From Cephaloticoccus sp. (lineage in GTDB: Bacteria; Verrucomicrobiota; Verrucomicrobiia; Opitutales; Opitutaceae), in assembly GCA_034669935.1 (NCBI GenBank), contig JAXMOJ010000016.1, positions 4,588-68,587 of the forward strand: a DNA stretch of 64,000 bases. The letters are read 5' to 3'. Below are positions 51,212 to 61,382 of this stretch, one piece after another. The position numbers and the translations under genes were made by a program. The notes beneath the pieces were generated by a model that saw only the letters and a list, made by a program, of their open reading frames with translations, was not told the DNA's origin and searched no databases. Positions within the stretch are counted from its first letter, which is position 1. Each line of letters begins with the position of its first letter.

Positions 51212-52516
51212 ATGGACGTGCGTCTGTTACACACCACCTCCAAGGATTTTAACGATGAGCTGGCCGACTTCTGCCGAGATGCGGAAGTGCCAAAGGAAAT
51301 TGTCGACTCTGTCGCCGCGATTCTGGCCGATGTGCGCGGTCGCGGGGATATGGCGGTTGCGAATTATGCCGCGAAATTCGATGGGGCGAAATTACGTTCT
51401 CGTGAGTTTCGCGTGTCCGAGAATGAACTGGAGAGCGCCGCTGAATCCGTTTCGGCGGATGATATGAAAGCGATTCGAGCCGCTCACGCCAATATCGTAG
51501 CCTATAATCGACGGAGCTTACCTGAAGCTTGGGAAGATCGGAACAAACATGGTGCGATGATCGGTGAGAAGCATGATCCCATCCGCCGCGTGGGACTTTA
51601 CGTGCCGGGTGGTCAGGTGCCCTTGGTCTCGACGGTATTAATGACAGCTTCGCTGGCGAAGATCGCCGGTTGCCCGGAAATCGCGGTATTCACTCCTTCG
51701 GATAATCGGGGGAAGGTCTCGCCGGGATTGTTGGCGGCGTTGCATTTCTTGGGGATCAAAGAGGTCTATCGAATCGGAGGCGTCCACGCGATTGCTTCGA
51801 TGGCCTACGGCACAGAAACAATTCCTGCGGTGGATAAAGTATTTGGTCCGGGCAACGCGTATGTCTGTGAAGCGAAACGCCAAGTTTTTGGCACAATAGG
51901 TGTGGATTCGATCCCGGGGCCGAGTGAAGTCATGGTGATTGCCGATCAAACGGCGCGGGTGGACTTCGTGGCCGCGGATATCTTGGCGCAGGCTGAGCAT
52001 GGCTCGGGTCGCGAAAAGGTCTACCTCGTGGCGACATCGGAAAAAATTGCTCAAGCCATCGCGACGGAAGTTGATCTGCAGGTCTCCGAATTATCTCGCG
52101 AGGAGAAGACCCAGAATGTGCTCGATCAGGGGTTTCTGACCATCGTAGTTGAAAATCTGCATCAAGCCGCCGAGATCGCTAATTACGTCGCGCCGGAGCA
52201 TCTGGAACTGATCGTGAAAGAGGCTTCTTTGAAGAAGCTGATCAAATCCATCACGACCGCAGGGGCGATCATGATCGGAAATTACACCCCGACGGCTTTG
52301 GGCGATTTCACGGCGGGTCCCAGTCACGTGCTGCCAACGGGTCGCACGGGTCGCTTTTTTAGCGGGCTACGCGTGGCGGACTTTATGCGTCGCACCAGTA
52401 TCGTGCGTTATGACGAAAAGAGCGTGAAGGCGGGCAACAAGGTCGTGGCGTCGTTTGCCGCGATGGAGAAACTCGATGCCCACGGTCGTTCGGTCGAGAT
52501 TCGCACCCAAACCTGA
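51212..52516 (+). CDS. hisD: Histidinol dehydrogenase
   Basis: GLYVPGG....S.VLM....A..AG; GG..AI.A.AYGTE.I..VDK..GPGN.YV..AK; PSE..VIAD; AQAEH; APEHLEL. Confidence 0.97.
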   Translation: MDVRLLHTTSKDFNDELADFCRDAEVPKEIVDSVAAILADVRGRGDMAVANYAAKFDGAKLRSREFRVSENELESAAESVSADDMKAIRAAHANIVAYNRRSLPEAWEDRNKHGAMIGEKHDPIRRVGLYVPGGQVPLVSTVLMTASLAKIAGCPEIAVFTPSDNRGKVSPGLLAALHFLGIKEVYRIGGVHAIASMAYGTETIPAVDKVFGPGNAYVCEAKRQVFGTIGVDSIPGPSEVMVIADQTARVDFVAADILAQAEHGSGREKVYLVATSEKIAQAIATEVDLQVSELSREEKTQNVLDQGFLTIVVENLHQAAEIANYVAPEHLELIVKEASLKKLIKSITTAGAIMIGNYTPTALGDFTAGPSHVLPTGRTGRFFSGLRVADFMRRTSIVRYDEKSVKAGNKVVASFAAMEKLDAHGRSVEIRTQT

Positions 52517-52521
52517 ATCTC

Positions 52522-53625
52522 GTGAAAGACGATTCCCTTCAATCGCTGGCTCTGCCCCATGTGGCGAAGTTGCATGCCTACACTCCGGGATTACAGCCAA
52601 ATGATCAGGGGTGGACAAAACTGAACACGAATGAGTGTCCCTATCCGCCAAGCCCGAAAGTGGCGGCAGCTTTGCGTGATGAGATTGGAACGGAAGGGGA
52701 GTCGCTCCGGCGATATCCGAATCCCCTAAGTATGCCCTTGCGGGAGACGATTGCGGCCCACCATGGAGTGAGTGCCGATCAAGTCTGCATAGGTAATGGT
52801 TCCGACGATATTCTTAATTTGTTGATCCGCAGTTTTTGCACCCAGGCTGAAGCCACTGGCTTCACGATTCCGAGTTACTCGCTTTATCCGGTGCTGGTGG
52901 GAATCCAAAACGGTGCGAGCACGGTTCTGGAATTGGATCGTTCGATGCGTTTGCCGGTGGAAAAAATAGCCAAATCCAACGCGCGCATCTTTTTCCTGAC
53001 GTCGCCCAATGCGCCGACGGGCGTGGGATTTTCCAACGACGAGATCGAAGAGGTTTTGCAGAGCTATGCCGGTGTGCTGGTTGTCGATGAGGCTTACGCG
53101 GCTTTTGCCAAAGAAAATGCGGTGAAGCTACTCGCGCGCTATCCGCGCTTAGTGGTGGTGCGCACTTTGTCGAAAGCCTACGCCTTGGCAGGGATTCGGG
53201 TGGGCTACGCTTTGGCCCATCCTGAGATGATCGGTATACTGGATCGGGTGCGGGATAGCTACAATGTGAGTCGCCTGTCCCAAGTCGCTGCTCAGGCGGC
53301 TTTTGATGATCCGCATTATTATACGGGCATCATCAACAAGGTGCGGCACACGCGGGATCACTACGTTTCCGAATGGAAGAATCTGGGTTGGTTTACCTAC
53401 CGATCTCAGGCCAATTTTATATTTACCGAACCGCGCAACGCTGCGGGGGAGGTAGGGCCGGAAGTCGCGAAAGCGCTCTATGAATACCTGTTAAATCGGA
53501 AAATATTGGTTCGCTACTTCCCCAGCCATGCCTTGACCGCTTCGTTTCTGCGTATCAGCGTCGGCACGGATGAGGAAATGCTCCTCCTCCAAGAAACCCT
53601 CGAAGCATGGCTCAAGCACGCATAG
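52522..53625 (+). CDS. hisC: Histidinol-phosphate aminotransferase
   Basis: KLNTNE.PYPPSP; YP.P; [10 protein letters not shown]; SPNAPTG; VVDEAY..F; [20 protein letters not shown] start as in the track. Confidence 0.93.
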   Translation: MKDDSLQSLALPHVAKLHAYTPGLQPNDQGWTKLNTNECPYPPSPKVAAALRDEIGTEGESLRRYPNPLSMPLRETIAAHHGVSADQVCIGNGSDDILNLLIRSFCTQAEATGFTIPSYSLYPVLVGIQNGASTVLELDRSMRLPVEKIAKSNARIFFLTSPNAPTGVGFSNDEIEEVLQSYAGVLVVDEAYAAFAKENAVKLLARYPRLVVVRTLSKAYALAGIRVGYALAHPEMIGILDRVRDSYNVSRLSQVAAQAAFDDPHYYTGIINKVRHTRDHYVSEWKNLGWFTYRSQANFIFTEPRNAAGEVGPEVAKALYEYLLNRKILVRYFPSHALTASFLRISVGTDEEMLLLQETLEAWLKHA

Positions 53626-54203
53626 CAAAACTCAGCCGCAAGACGGCCGAAACCGATATCGCTCTCTCGTTAGAGATCGATGGAACGGGTGTTTCGAAAA
53701 TCGACACGGGAGTGCCGTTTTTCGATCACATGCTCACGTTGTTCGCGAAGCATGGTCTCTTTAATCTCGAGATCAAAGCGATCGGCGATGTGGACGTGGA
53801 TTATCATCACACGGTCGAGGATGTGGGGCTGGTGCTCGGCGATGCCTTTAAACAGGCACTCGGGGACAAGGTGGGGATTCGTCGATATGGTTTTTTCTTT
53901 CTGCCGATGGATGAATCTTTGGCCCGGGTGGTTTTGGACTTAAGTGGTCGCGCGTGCCTCGTTTACGATGCCGTGCCGCCGACCATGTTTGTGCGCGATT
54001 TTAATCTCATTCTCGTCAAGGAGTTTGCCCGGGCATTCAGCAATGCACTGGCCTGTAATCTCCACGTGAAACTCGAGTATGGCGAAGAACCGCATCACGT
54101 GGCCGAGGCGATTTTCAAGGGATTGGCTCGCGCGATGGATGTAGCGACCCAAGTCGATGCCCGCGCAGCAGATTCGCTGCCGAGCACCAAAGGCGCGTTG
54201 TAA
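53607..54203 (+). CDS. hisB: Imidazoleglycerol-phosphate dehydratase
   Basis: R.T.ETDI...L..DG.G...I.TGV.FFDHML..F..HG.F.L......D..VD.HHT.ED.G...G; HH..EA.FK...RA. Overlaps the hisC end by 19 nt. Confidence 0.97.
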   Translation: MAQARIAKLSRKTAETDIALSLEIDGTGVSKIDTGVPFFDHMLTLFAKHGLFNLEIKAIGDVDVDYHHTVEDVGLVLGDAFKQALGDKVGIRRYGFFFLPMDESLARVVLDLSGRACLVYDAVPPTMFVRDFNLILVKEFARAFSNALACNLHVKLEYGEEPHHVAEAIFKGLARAMDVATQVDARAADSLPSTKGAL

Positions 54204-54206
54204 GCG

Positions 54207-54842
54207 ATGAAAACGCCACCACGGATCGCCGTAATCGATTACGGCATGGGAAACTTGCGCAGTGTTGCCAAGGCGGTGGAAGCCGCGGGCGGCGATGTGC
54301 AGATCGTGACCAAACCGACGGAGCTAGGTTCGTCGGATGGAGTCGTGTTGCCCGGAGTAGGCGCGCTGGCTGATTGTGTGACGGCATTGCGTGAGACGGG
54401 CATGAGCGAAGCTTTGCGTGATTGGATCGCGGCAGATCGCCCCTTTCTCGGAGTGTGCCTTGGCTTGCAGGCTCTGTTCGATTATTCGGAAGAAGCTGAG
54501 ACTGAGGGCTTGGGGATTTTCGCCGGAAAGGTGGTGCGCTTCCGTTTGCCGAGTGATCTCAAGGTGCCTCACATGGGGTGGAACACCGTGAGGTTCGCTC
54601 AACCAGAGTCTCCCCTGATCGCGAATTTAGAAATTGAAGGAGAGGCGTTCTATTTTGTGCACAGCTATTATTGTGTGCCGAGTGATCCCAAACTGGTGCT
54701 CGCAGAGTGCGATTATGGCGTGAAATTCACCGCCGCGATTGCGACTGGGCGTTGTTTCGCCACGCAGTTTCACCCCGAGAAAAGTCAGGCTACAGGGATT
54801 CAAATCTACCGCAATTTCGTGTCAGTGGCGGCTGATAGTTGA
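54207..54842 (+). CDS. hisH: Imidazole glycerol phosphate synthase, glutamine amidotransferase subunit
   Basis: IAVIDYGMGNLRSV.KA.E..G; LPGVGA; LGVCLG.Q.LF; PHMGWN; YFVHSY; ATQFHPEKS. Confidence 0.97.
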   Translation: MKTPPRIAVIDYGMGNLRSVAKAVEAAGGDVQIVTKPTELGSSDGVVLPGVGALADCVTALRETGMSEALRDWIAADRPFLGVCLGLQALFDYSEEAETEGLGIFAGKVVRFRLPSDLKVPHMGWNTVRFAQPESPLIANLEIEGEAFYFVHSYYCVPSDPKLVLAECDYGVKFTAAIATGRCFATQFHPEKSQATGIQIYRNFVSVAADS

Positions 54843-54964
54843 TACCTGAGGGCTTGAGCTGTGCTAACCACAAGCTGTTGCGTTGCTAATTGTGCCGTAA
54901 AGTCCGCGAATAAGAACTTCTTTTCTTTGCATGAGGCTGGGAAACAGCTTGGGTTATAGCCATC

Positions 54965-56251
54965 ATGGCAGAATCAGCATCCCTTTCGCTCGACGATAAA
55001 GATTTTCAACTACCCGTCATCACCGGTTCCGAGGGGGAGAAGGCGATTGATACCCGGAAGCTGCGGAAGGACTCCGGCTATATTTGTTACGATCAGGGCT
55101 ATGGAAATACCGGTTCTTGTCTGAGTGAGATTACGTATCTTGATGGAGATAAAGGTATTCTGCGCCACCGCGGCTATCCCATCGAGCAGTTGACCCAAAA
55201 CAGCGGCTACATCGAAACGGCCTATCTGGTCATCTACGGTGAGTTGCCAACGCCGGAACAGAGGAAGACTTTTAACGCTCTTCTGAATGAGCACGCCGAT
55301 GTTGATCCCAGAATGTATCCTATTTTGGAGGGATTCCCCAAGGACGCCCCTCCGATGGCCATGCTCTCATCATTGATGGCCGCTCTTCCTGCCTACTACC
55401 CTGAACTGGCGACCAATAATTTTGAGCAGGATCTGAAGACCTTTGATCAGACTGCGGCATTGGCGATTTCCAAGATTCGCACACTGGTCGCGATGATTTA
55501 TCGCTATCAGCGTGGTCTGCCGACGGTGTCGTCGAAAGAAATTCCTTACTGTGAGAATCTTCTCCAGATGATGTTTTCGGAAGAAGGTAAGGACTATACG
55601 ACCGATCCTGAAGTGGTGAAGGCACTCGATCTGCTTTTACTCCTGCATGTTGATCATGAGCAAAATTGCAGCACCGCGACGGTGCGCATGGTGGGATCCA
55701 GTGCGGCTAATCTTCTCGCCTCGATCTCTGCTGGGATCGCAGCTCTTTCCGGTCCTCTCCATGGAGGAGCCAATGCTGCCGTGATGAAAATGTTACAGGC
55801 CATTCACGACGAGGGGGACGACGGTTCTCACTTCATCTCAGCCGCAAAATCAGGTGATAAGAGCAAACGTCTCATGGGTTTTGGCCATGCGGTTTATCGT
55901 AATTTCGATCCGCGGGCTAAGATCATTGGCGTGAGTTGCGAGAAGGTGCTGGCCACCCTTGGGATCGACGATCCGTTGCTCTCGATCGCGCAACATCTTG
56001 AGCAGGCCGCCCTCAAGGACGACTACTTTGTTTCCCGTAAGCTGTATCCCAATGTGGATTTCTATTCTGGCATCATCATGCGCGCGCTCGGGATTCCCGT
56101 GGAGATGTTTACGGCTGCTTTTGCCATGGGACGTGTTCCGGGTTGGATCGCCAATTGGCGTGAAGTCGCTTCGCAGCCCAAGGGGCGTATCTACCGCCCG
56201 CGCCAGATTTACATGGGACCAGTGGCCCGTGATTATCCTGTTTCGAGCTAA
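54965..56251 (+). CDS. gltA: Citrate synthase (type II)
   Basis: [12 protein letters not shown]; LLLH.DHEQN.ST..VR...SS.A....[15 protein letters not shown]; MGFGH.VY...DPRA. Confidence 0.97.
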   Translation: MAESASLSLDDKDFQLPVITGSEGEKAIDTRKLRKDSGYICYDQGYGNTGSCLSEITYLDGDKGILRHRGYPIEQLTQNSGYIETAYLVIYGELPTPEQRKTFNALLNEHADVDPRMYPILEGFPKDAPPMAMLSSLMAALPAYYPELATNNFEQDLKTFDQTAALAISKIRTLVAMIYRYQRGLPTVSSKEIPYCENLLQMMFSEEGKDYTTDPEVVKALDLLLLLHVDHEQNCSTATVRMVGSSAANLLASISAGIAALSGPLHGGANAAVMKMLQAIHDEGDDGSHFISAAKSGDKSKRLMGFGHAVYRNFDPRAKIIGVSCEKVLATLGIDDPLLSIAQHLEQAALKDDYFVSRKLYPNVDFYSGIIMRALGIPVEMFTAAFAMGRVPGWIANWREVASQPKGRIYRPRQIYMGPVARDYPVSS

Positions 56252-56258
56252 CTAGCGC

Positions 56259-57011
56259 TCAACTCCCGTTGTCTTTCGAAGCCGCTGGTTTTTTACCGGC
56301 GGCTTCTTCGTTGAGAAGCTCTTCCAGCTCGAGCCCGGTCGCGGATTTGAGTCCTTTGATGAAACGCCAGAGCGCGAACATCATCATCCCCATACTTGGC
56401 ACCACGATAACGGGCCAGCTCCACAATTGCATTTTGGCGAGGTCGCCATTGAAGGCTTCGCTTCCGGGAGGACTCACAAGTAGGTAGCGGGCGAGAAAAT
56501 AGTTGAGCACCGAGCTGATGAAAAAAGATAGAGCGAGCAATCGACTGGATCCCCAGAGAAGGGCGGTGAAACTCGCATGGGTCTTCCGTTCATCGAGCGC
56601 AGCGGAGATTCGTTCCACATTCATGATCTGCGGGTTATAGAGGAATTCCTTCACCAAGGGCATCTTGGTCCGCATCGAAAGGAGCACGGAGAATCCGATA
56701 ATGCCAGGGATAGCGGCCTCTTTGACGGCAAACCAAAACGCATTTAGCTCCATGAGGGCGAATCCACCTGTGATGAGCACGCTCGAAAAACCTATAATGG
56801 AGATGAAGTTATACTTCCGCCGTTTCACGAAATCCATGATCCCGTAGCTCGTGGGGAAAAGGAGTGCGATTACGAGGCCCCACGTGGGACCGAACCATTC
56901 ATCGCCACTCGCCCAGGAGAGAATCATGGTCGGCAGCACCACATTGAAGATGATGTTGAGAAACAGATTCTCACGCTTGGGGGGGGGAGAGGGATTCGGT
57001 GATTCGTTCAT
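56259..57011 (-). CDS. Polytopic inner-membrane protein (hypothetical)
   Basis: About 6 predicted hydrophobic helices (LNIIFNVVLPTMILSW, WGLVIALLFPTSYGI, ...). No catalytic motif recognised. Convergent with gltA with a 7-nt gap. Confidence 0.6.
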   Translation of the reverse strand: MNESPNPSPPPKRENLFLNIIFNVVLPTMILSWASGDEWFGPTWGLVIALLFPTSYGIMDFVKRRKYNFISIIGFSSVLITGGFALMELNAFWFAVKEAAIPGIIGFSVLLSMRTKMPLVKEFLYNPQIMNVERISAALDERKTHASFTALLWGSSRLLALSFFISSVLNYFLARYLLVSPPGSEAFNGDLAKMQLWSWPVIVVPSMGMMMFALWRFIKGLKSATGLELEELLNEEAAGKKPAASKDNGS

Positions 57012-57065
57012 TTCGTTTTGCTATGGAGAATCACCGCGCGCTTAATCAGGTCAAACCTCTGCCAC

Positions 57066-57809
57066 ATGATTCTTCTCGGACTAAATATCGATCACTGCGC
57101 CACGGTGCGACAAGCGCGCTATCAACATGCTGATTCCACGGTAGGTGGTGCGGTCGAACCGGATGCGGTCTCGCTGGCCCTCCTCGCGGAACGCGCTGGT
57201 GCAGACGGGATTACGGCCCATCTGCGCGAGGATCGTCGTCATGTGCAGGATCGTGATATCTGGCGCCTGCGGGAAAGCATCGCCACACGCCTGAATCTCG
57301 AAATGGCCTGCACGCCTGAAATGGTCGCGTTGGCGCTGGAAGTGAAACCTGCCTCAGTTTGTCTCGTGCCGGAAAGTCGTGAAGAGGTGACGACGGAAGG
57401 TGGCTTGGACGTCGTAGGCAATCGCGATCGGGTGAAAGAATGCGTGGATGCGATGAGCGAAGCTGGGATCAAAACGAGTTTGTTTATCGATCCGGATGAA
57501 CCACAGATCGAATTGGCGGCAAAACTCGGTGCGCCCTGGATCGAGTTGCACACCGGAGCTTATGCGAATGCCTATTTCGGAGAAAACCGTGAACTCGAAT
57601 TGCAGCGGTTACGCGTGGGCTGCGTTCGTGGTCACGATTGTGGTCTCATTGTTAATGCAGGTCACGGAATCAACTATGTGAACATCGCGGAAGTGCGCAC
57701 CTTGCCTCATCTGCATGAGCTCAACATTGGTCACAGTATCATCAGTCGCGCCCTCTTCACCGGAATCGAAGAAGCCGTGGTTGAAATGAAAACTCGCATG
57801 AATTCATGA
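57066..57809 (+). CDS. pdxJ: Pyridoxine 5'-phosphate synthase
   Basis: LGLNIDHCATVRQAR.....P.........AE.AGADGIT.HLREDRRH..D.D......; ELHTG.YA; NAGHG.NY. ATG at 57066; the track start at 57018 adds a non-homologous leader. Confidence 0.95.
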   Translation: MILLGLNIDHCATVRQARYQHADSTVGGAVEPDAVSLALLAERAGADGITAHLREDRRHVQDRDIWRLRESIATRLNLEMACTPEMVALALEVKPASVCLVPESREEVTTEGGLDVVGNRDRVKECVDAMSEAGIKTSLFIDPDEPQIELAAKLGAPWIELHTGAYANAYFGENRELELQRLRVGCVRGHDCGLIVNAGHGINYVNIAEVRTLPHLHELNIGHSIISRALFTGIEEAVVEMKTRMNS

Positions 57810-58228
57810 GTAGCGCGATGGGCATCTCTTTACCACCGGGCGGCACGGTGATCGGCTTGGGCTGCGATCTCGTGGAGGTGGAGCGCATCGCGCAGATCCT
57901 CGACCGCCACGGCGACCGATTTTTGGATCGCACGTTTACGGACGAGGAACGCACCTACTGCTCGACGCTGAAGTTTCCCCACAAGCATTACGCCGCACGT
58001 TGGGCCGCGAAAGAAGCGGTGGCCAAAGCGTTTACGACGGGGATCGGCGAGCATCTCGATTGGACTTCGATCTCGGTCGAACACGGCGAACGTCAGGAAC
58101 CGTTGATTCGTCTCGATGGCAAGGCGCAGGCTCTTTTGCACGATCTCGGTGGCACCGGCGTATTGATTTCGCTTTCGCATACGGAAACTTACGCGATGGC
58201 CGTCGCGACTTTGGTGAGGAATAAATAA
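57806..58228 (+). CDS. acpS: Holo-[acyl-carrier-protein] synthase
   Basis: IGLGCDLVEVERI........F..R.FT..E.........H.AARWAAKEAV.KA; ISLSHT..YA.A. Overlaps the pdxJ stop (ATGA). ATG 57818 is an alternative start. Confidence 0.92.
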   Translation: MSSAMGISLPPGGTVIGLGCDLVEVERIAQILDRHGDRFLDRTFTDEERTYCSTLKFPHKHYAARWAAKEAVAKAFTTGIGEHLDWTSISVEHGERQEPLIRLDGKAQALLHDLGGTGVLISLSHTETYAMAVATLVRNK

Positions 58229-58229
58229 A

Positions 58230-58760
58230 ATGGAAGATCCGGAAGAAAAAACACCTTCTCCCAGCAGTATGTCGAAAACGCCTTCGTGGATTTCGATTGG
58301 GTTCGTGCTGGGGGCACTCTTTGTCTGGCTGCTTCCCAAGCCAGCTCCAGAAATAATTGAGGTGCCAGTGCGCGATGAATCTCCAGCTCCATTGGTCGCG
58401 AACCTCGCAAAACCGAATATCTCTGAAGTCGAAGCGGTGTTTGATGAATGGGGAAGTTATGCCGTTTGGTTTGATGATACGACGGAGATCGCGATGTGGG
58501 ATATTGATGATAGCCAGTATTCCCGTTTCTACGAAGTGCTGCGAAGCGGGAATGAAATCTACTTCCGCTCAATCACCAGGCTCACCCGTCCCGTGTTGAC
58601 GCATGGGGTAACGACGAATGCACCGCTCCTGTTCACTGAGACCGAAAAGCAGCGTGAAGAGTGGCTGAAGCAAACGAACGGGACGACGTGGGATGCCATT
58701 ACCGGTTCGATTCGTGAGATGACTTCCGGGTCGCCTGATAAACCTGAAGTCGTGAAATGA
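58230..58760 (+). CDS. Hypothetical membrane-anchored protein
   Basis: One TM helix (WISIGFVLGALFVWLL), then a ~130-aa soluble domain. Tightly packed between acpS and nnr (gaps of 1 nt). Confidence 0.6.
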   Translation: MEDPEEKTPSPSSMSKTPSWISIGFVLGALFVWLLPKPAPEIIEVPVRDESPAPLVANLAKPNISEVEAVFDEWGSYAVWFDDTTEIAMWDIDDSQYSRFYEVLRSGNEIYFRSITRLTRPVLTHGVTTNAPLLFTETEKQREEWLKQTNGTTWDAITGSIREMTSGSPDKPEVVK

Positions 58761-58761
58761 T

Positions 58762-60252
58762 ATGAAGCTCAGTGGCGCTCATCCGATTCTTTCCTGTGCG
58801 GAAACGAAGGTCGTGGAAGCAGGATTGTTTGGTGGCGATGAGCAAAAAGAATGGGCGGCAATGCAGCGCGCAGGTCGCGCCGTGGCGGATGGCGTGGCGA
58901 GCGATTTTCGCGAACTCGGCCGATTCCCGAGAAATGCACGACTCCTCGTGTTGGTGGGCAAAGGGCACAATGGCGGAGATGCGCTGATCGCAGCGCAGGC
59001 CTTGTTGCAGCGTTTTCGTTATGCGGTGGCTGAAGTCGTGCTGGTCGCCGGCTCGAACTCACTGAAACCACTCGCGCTTCGCGCTTGGCAGGAATTGCAA
59101 CACGCGGCCGACGAGCGCGTGAAGCCGATTACGAGCGATTCGATTTCCGGAAGTTATACGGTGTGTCTCGATGGGATCTTTGGGTTTCAATTTCGCGCTC
59201 CATTACAAGGCGAGACGCGAGACGTTTTGGCGTTGGCAAATCAAAGCGAGGTTTTGCTACGAGCCGCCGTGGATCTACCAAGCGGATTGGGCGAAGCAGG
59301 AGCTTTTCGTGCGGATTTTACCTATGCGACTGGTGTGGTGAAGGCGCCTTCGATTAGACTGAAAAATGCGGGACGCGTGCGCTATCTCGATTTGGGGTTC
59401 TTTGATAGCGAGATGCCGCATGATTCGGAGTCGCTGGTTTTGACTGATGCGATTTTGAATCCACTACGCAACTGGCGTGATCCGCAGACGGACAAGCGTG
59501 GGCAGGGGCATTTATTCGTCGTGGCGGGATCACGGGCCTATCCGGGGGCGGCTTTGATGGCGGTGACGTCGGCTCTGCGCAGCGGCGCGGGATTAGTCAC
59601 AGCCTTTGTGCCGGAATCATTGATCGCTTCCTTCGCCGCGCAAGCGCCCGAAGCGATTTGGGTCGGCTGGCCGGAGACACCTGATGGCGGGCTCGCACTC
59701 GAAGGGTTACATTTGTTTCGCGAACGATTGGTTCGCGCCTCCGCGCTGGTGATTGGACCGGGAATCGGCCGCGAACCGGAAACTTTGGTGCTGGCCGCGG
59801 AAATCGTGAAGAGTGTTGAGGTTCCGATTCTGGTGGATGCGGATGCGCTGCAATCTGAAGTGATCGCAGTTGCGAATGGCCCACTGGTGCTGACGCCGCA
59901 TGCCGGAGAATTTAAACGGATCGCCGGGGAGTTGGAATTGCGTGATTACGCGGCCCAGAGTCACGCGACTGTCGTGCGCAAAGGAGCGATCACGCAAATT
60001 TCTACTGGGGCGGAAACGTATCATAGCCTCTTTGGTGGTCCCGTGCTCGCACGGGGTGGAAGTGGTGATTTGCTGGCAGGTATGATCGGCACTCAGCTCG
60101 CGCGATCACCAAAGGATATGATCGGCGCGACCTGTCGTGGGGTTGCGTGGCACGGATTGGCCGCGGATGCCTTGGCGAGAAAGCATGGGGCGACTGCGGT
60201 GCGCACGACGCAGTTGCTCGACTTTCTTAGCGGGGTGCTGAGGATAAGGTGA
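58762..60252 (+). CDS. nnr: Bifunctional NAD(P)H-hydrate repair enzyme (epimerase + ADP-dependent dehydratase, YjeF/Nnr)
   Basis: N-terminal domain: LVGKGHNGGDALIAA. C-terminal domain: GSRAYPGAALM...AL..GAGLV; GPG.G; D.DAL; LTPH.GEF; GGSGD.LAG.IG. Confidence 0.92.
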   Translation: MKLSGAHPILSCAETKVVEAGLFGGDEQKEWAAMQRAGRAVADGVASDFRELGRFPRNARLLVLVGKGHNGGDALIAAQALLQRFRYAVAEVVLVAGSNSLKPLALRAWQELQHAADERVKPITSDSISGSYTVCLDGIFGFQFRAPLQGETRDVLALANQSEVLLRAAVDLPSGLGEAGAFRADFTYATGVVKAPSIRLKNAGRVRYLDLGFFDSEMPHDSESLVLTDAILNPLRNWRDPQTDKRGQGHLFVVAGSRAYPGAALMAVTSALRSGAGLVTAFVPESLIASFAAQAPEAIWVGWPETPDGGLALEGLHLFRERLVRASALVIGPGIGREPETLVLAAEIVKSVEVPILVDADALQSEVIAVANGPLVLTPHAGEFKRIAGELELRDYAAQSHATVVRKGAITQISTGAETYHSLFGGPVLARGGSGDLLAGMIGTQLARSPKDMIGATCRGVAWHGLAADALARKHGATAVRTTQLLDFLSGVLRIR

Positions 60253-61382
60253 TGAACGGAGAGCTCACGATTCGGCAGGCTTATTTGGTGCTGAATGCAC
60301 TGCCGAATATAGGACCGATTTCTCTGAATCGTTTATTGGAGGAATTTGGTGGCGATCCTCGCGAGGTGCTAACCGTCTCGACACGCCAATTGGAAAGCGT
60401 GAAAGGAGTGGGTCCGGCAATCAGTGGGACCCTGAAGAATTGGTCGGAATATTTTGATCTCGGACGAGAGGAAGATCGGATGGCGAAGGCGAATACCGTT
60501 TTTGTGACGCGTGACGATGCCGGTTACCCGCGTATGTTAAAGGAGATCAGCGATCCACCGATCGGATTGTATCGCAAGGGCTCGTATGAATTTGCTCAGC
60601 CGTGTATCGCGATGGTCGGCAGTCGCCGAACGACACTTTACGGTCAAAGTATCGCGAAGAAATTCGGGGCGGAGCTGGCACGACTAGGATTTTGCATTGT
60701 GAGTGGATTGGCGCGGGGAATCGACACGGCAGCGCATGAAGGTGCACTCTCGGTTGACGGCAAGACTGCTGCGGTGCTGGGATGCGGGATCGATATTATT
60801 TATCCGCCGGAGAATCTTGATCTCTACCGACAGATCGAAGCAGAGGGGGCGATTCTCTCGGAGTTTCCCTTCACGCGACGTGCGGATCGGCAGAGTTTTC
60901 CAATGCGCAATCGCGTAGTCTCAGGCATCTGCGAAGGCGTCATTGTGGTGGAGAGCGATGTGAGCGGGGGCTCCATGATCACGGCACGATTTGCGGGCGA
61001 GCAGGGGAGATTGCTTTACGCGGTTCCGGGAAGGATCGATCAGGCAACGAGTCAGGGTTGTCATCAACTGATCCGCGATGGCGCGACGCTGCTGACGGGG
61101 GTGGATGATATTTTGGCCGAACTGAATTATCTTGATGGCCTACGGCCGGCACCGATTCCCGATAAGGAAGGCACGGCGCAGACAGCATCGCCATCTCTTG
61201 ATCTGTCCCCAGAGGAAGCGAAGGTGATGGCGTGTTTTGCAGGCGGGGCGATTCTTTCTCCGGATGAAATCACCCAACACACCCAACTCGATGCCGCTAC
61301 GCTGGCACCGCTCTTGATGATGCTTGAATTGAAACGTGCAATCTCACGTCGCCTGGATGGAAATTTCGAAGCCCGATCATGA
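60252..61382 (+). CDS. dprA: DNA-processing protein DprA (Smf)
   Basis: GPI....LL..FG; YP..L..I.DPP..LY..G; VGSR..T.YG......F...LA..G..IVSGLARGID.AAH.GAL..G.T.AVLG.GID..YP.EN. ATG at 60252; the track start at 60249 is GTG. Confidence 0.93.
   Translation: MNGELTIRQAYLVLNALPNIGPISLNRLLEEFGGDPREVLTVSTRQLESVKGVGPAISGTLKNWSEYFDLGREEDRMAKANTVFVTRDDAGYPRMLKEISDPPIGLYRKGSYEFAQPCIAMVGSRRTTLYGQSIAKKFGAELARLGFCIVSGLARGIDTAAHEGALSVDGKTAAVLGCGIDIIYPPENLDLYRQIEAEGAILSEFPFTRRADRQSFPMRNRVVSGICEGVIVVESDVSGGSMITARFAGEQGRLLYAVPGRIDQATSQGCHQLIRDGATLLTGVDDILAELNYLDGLRPAPIPDKEGTAQTASPSLDLSPEEAKVMACFAGGAILSPDEITQHTQLDAATLAPLLMMLELKRAISRRLDGNFEARS

Noticed and set aside
56252-56258. Only 7 nt between the convergent gltA and the membrane-protein gene, with no terminator
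   Set aside because: This is unusual-looking but common in compact genomes. The sequence contains nothing further to interpret.
56979-56987. G9 homopolymer inside the 5' end of the membrane-protein gene; also G8 tracts at 10066-10073 (in the M48 gene) and 2723-2730 (intergenic)
   Set aside because: These could be slipped-strand phase-variation tracts. The two coding ones simply encode Pro-Pro-Pro runs in a moderately GC-rich genome, and there is no contingency-gene context. A single sequence cannot assess length variation.
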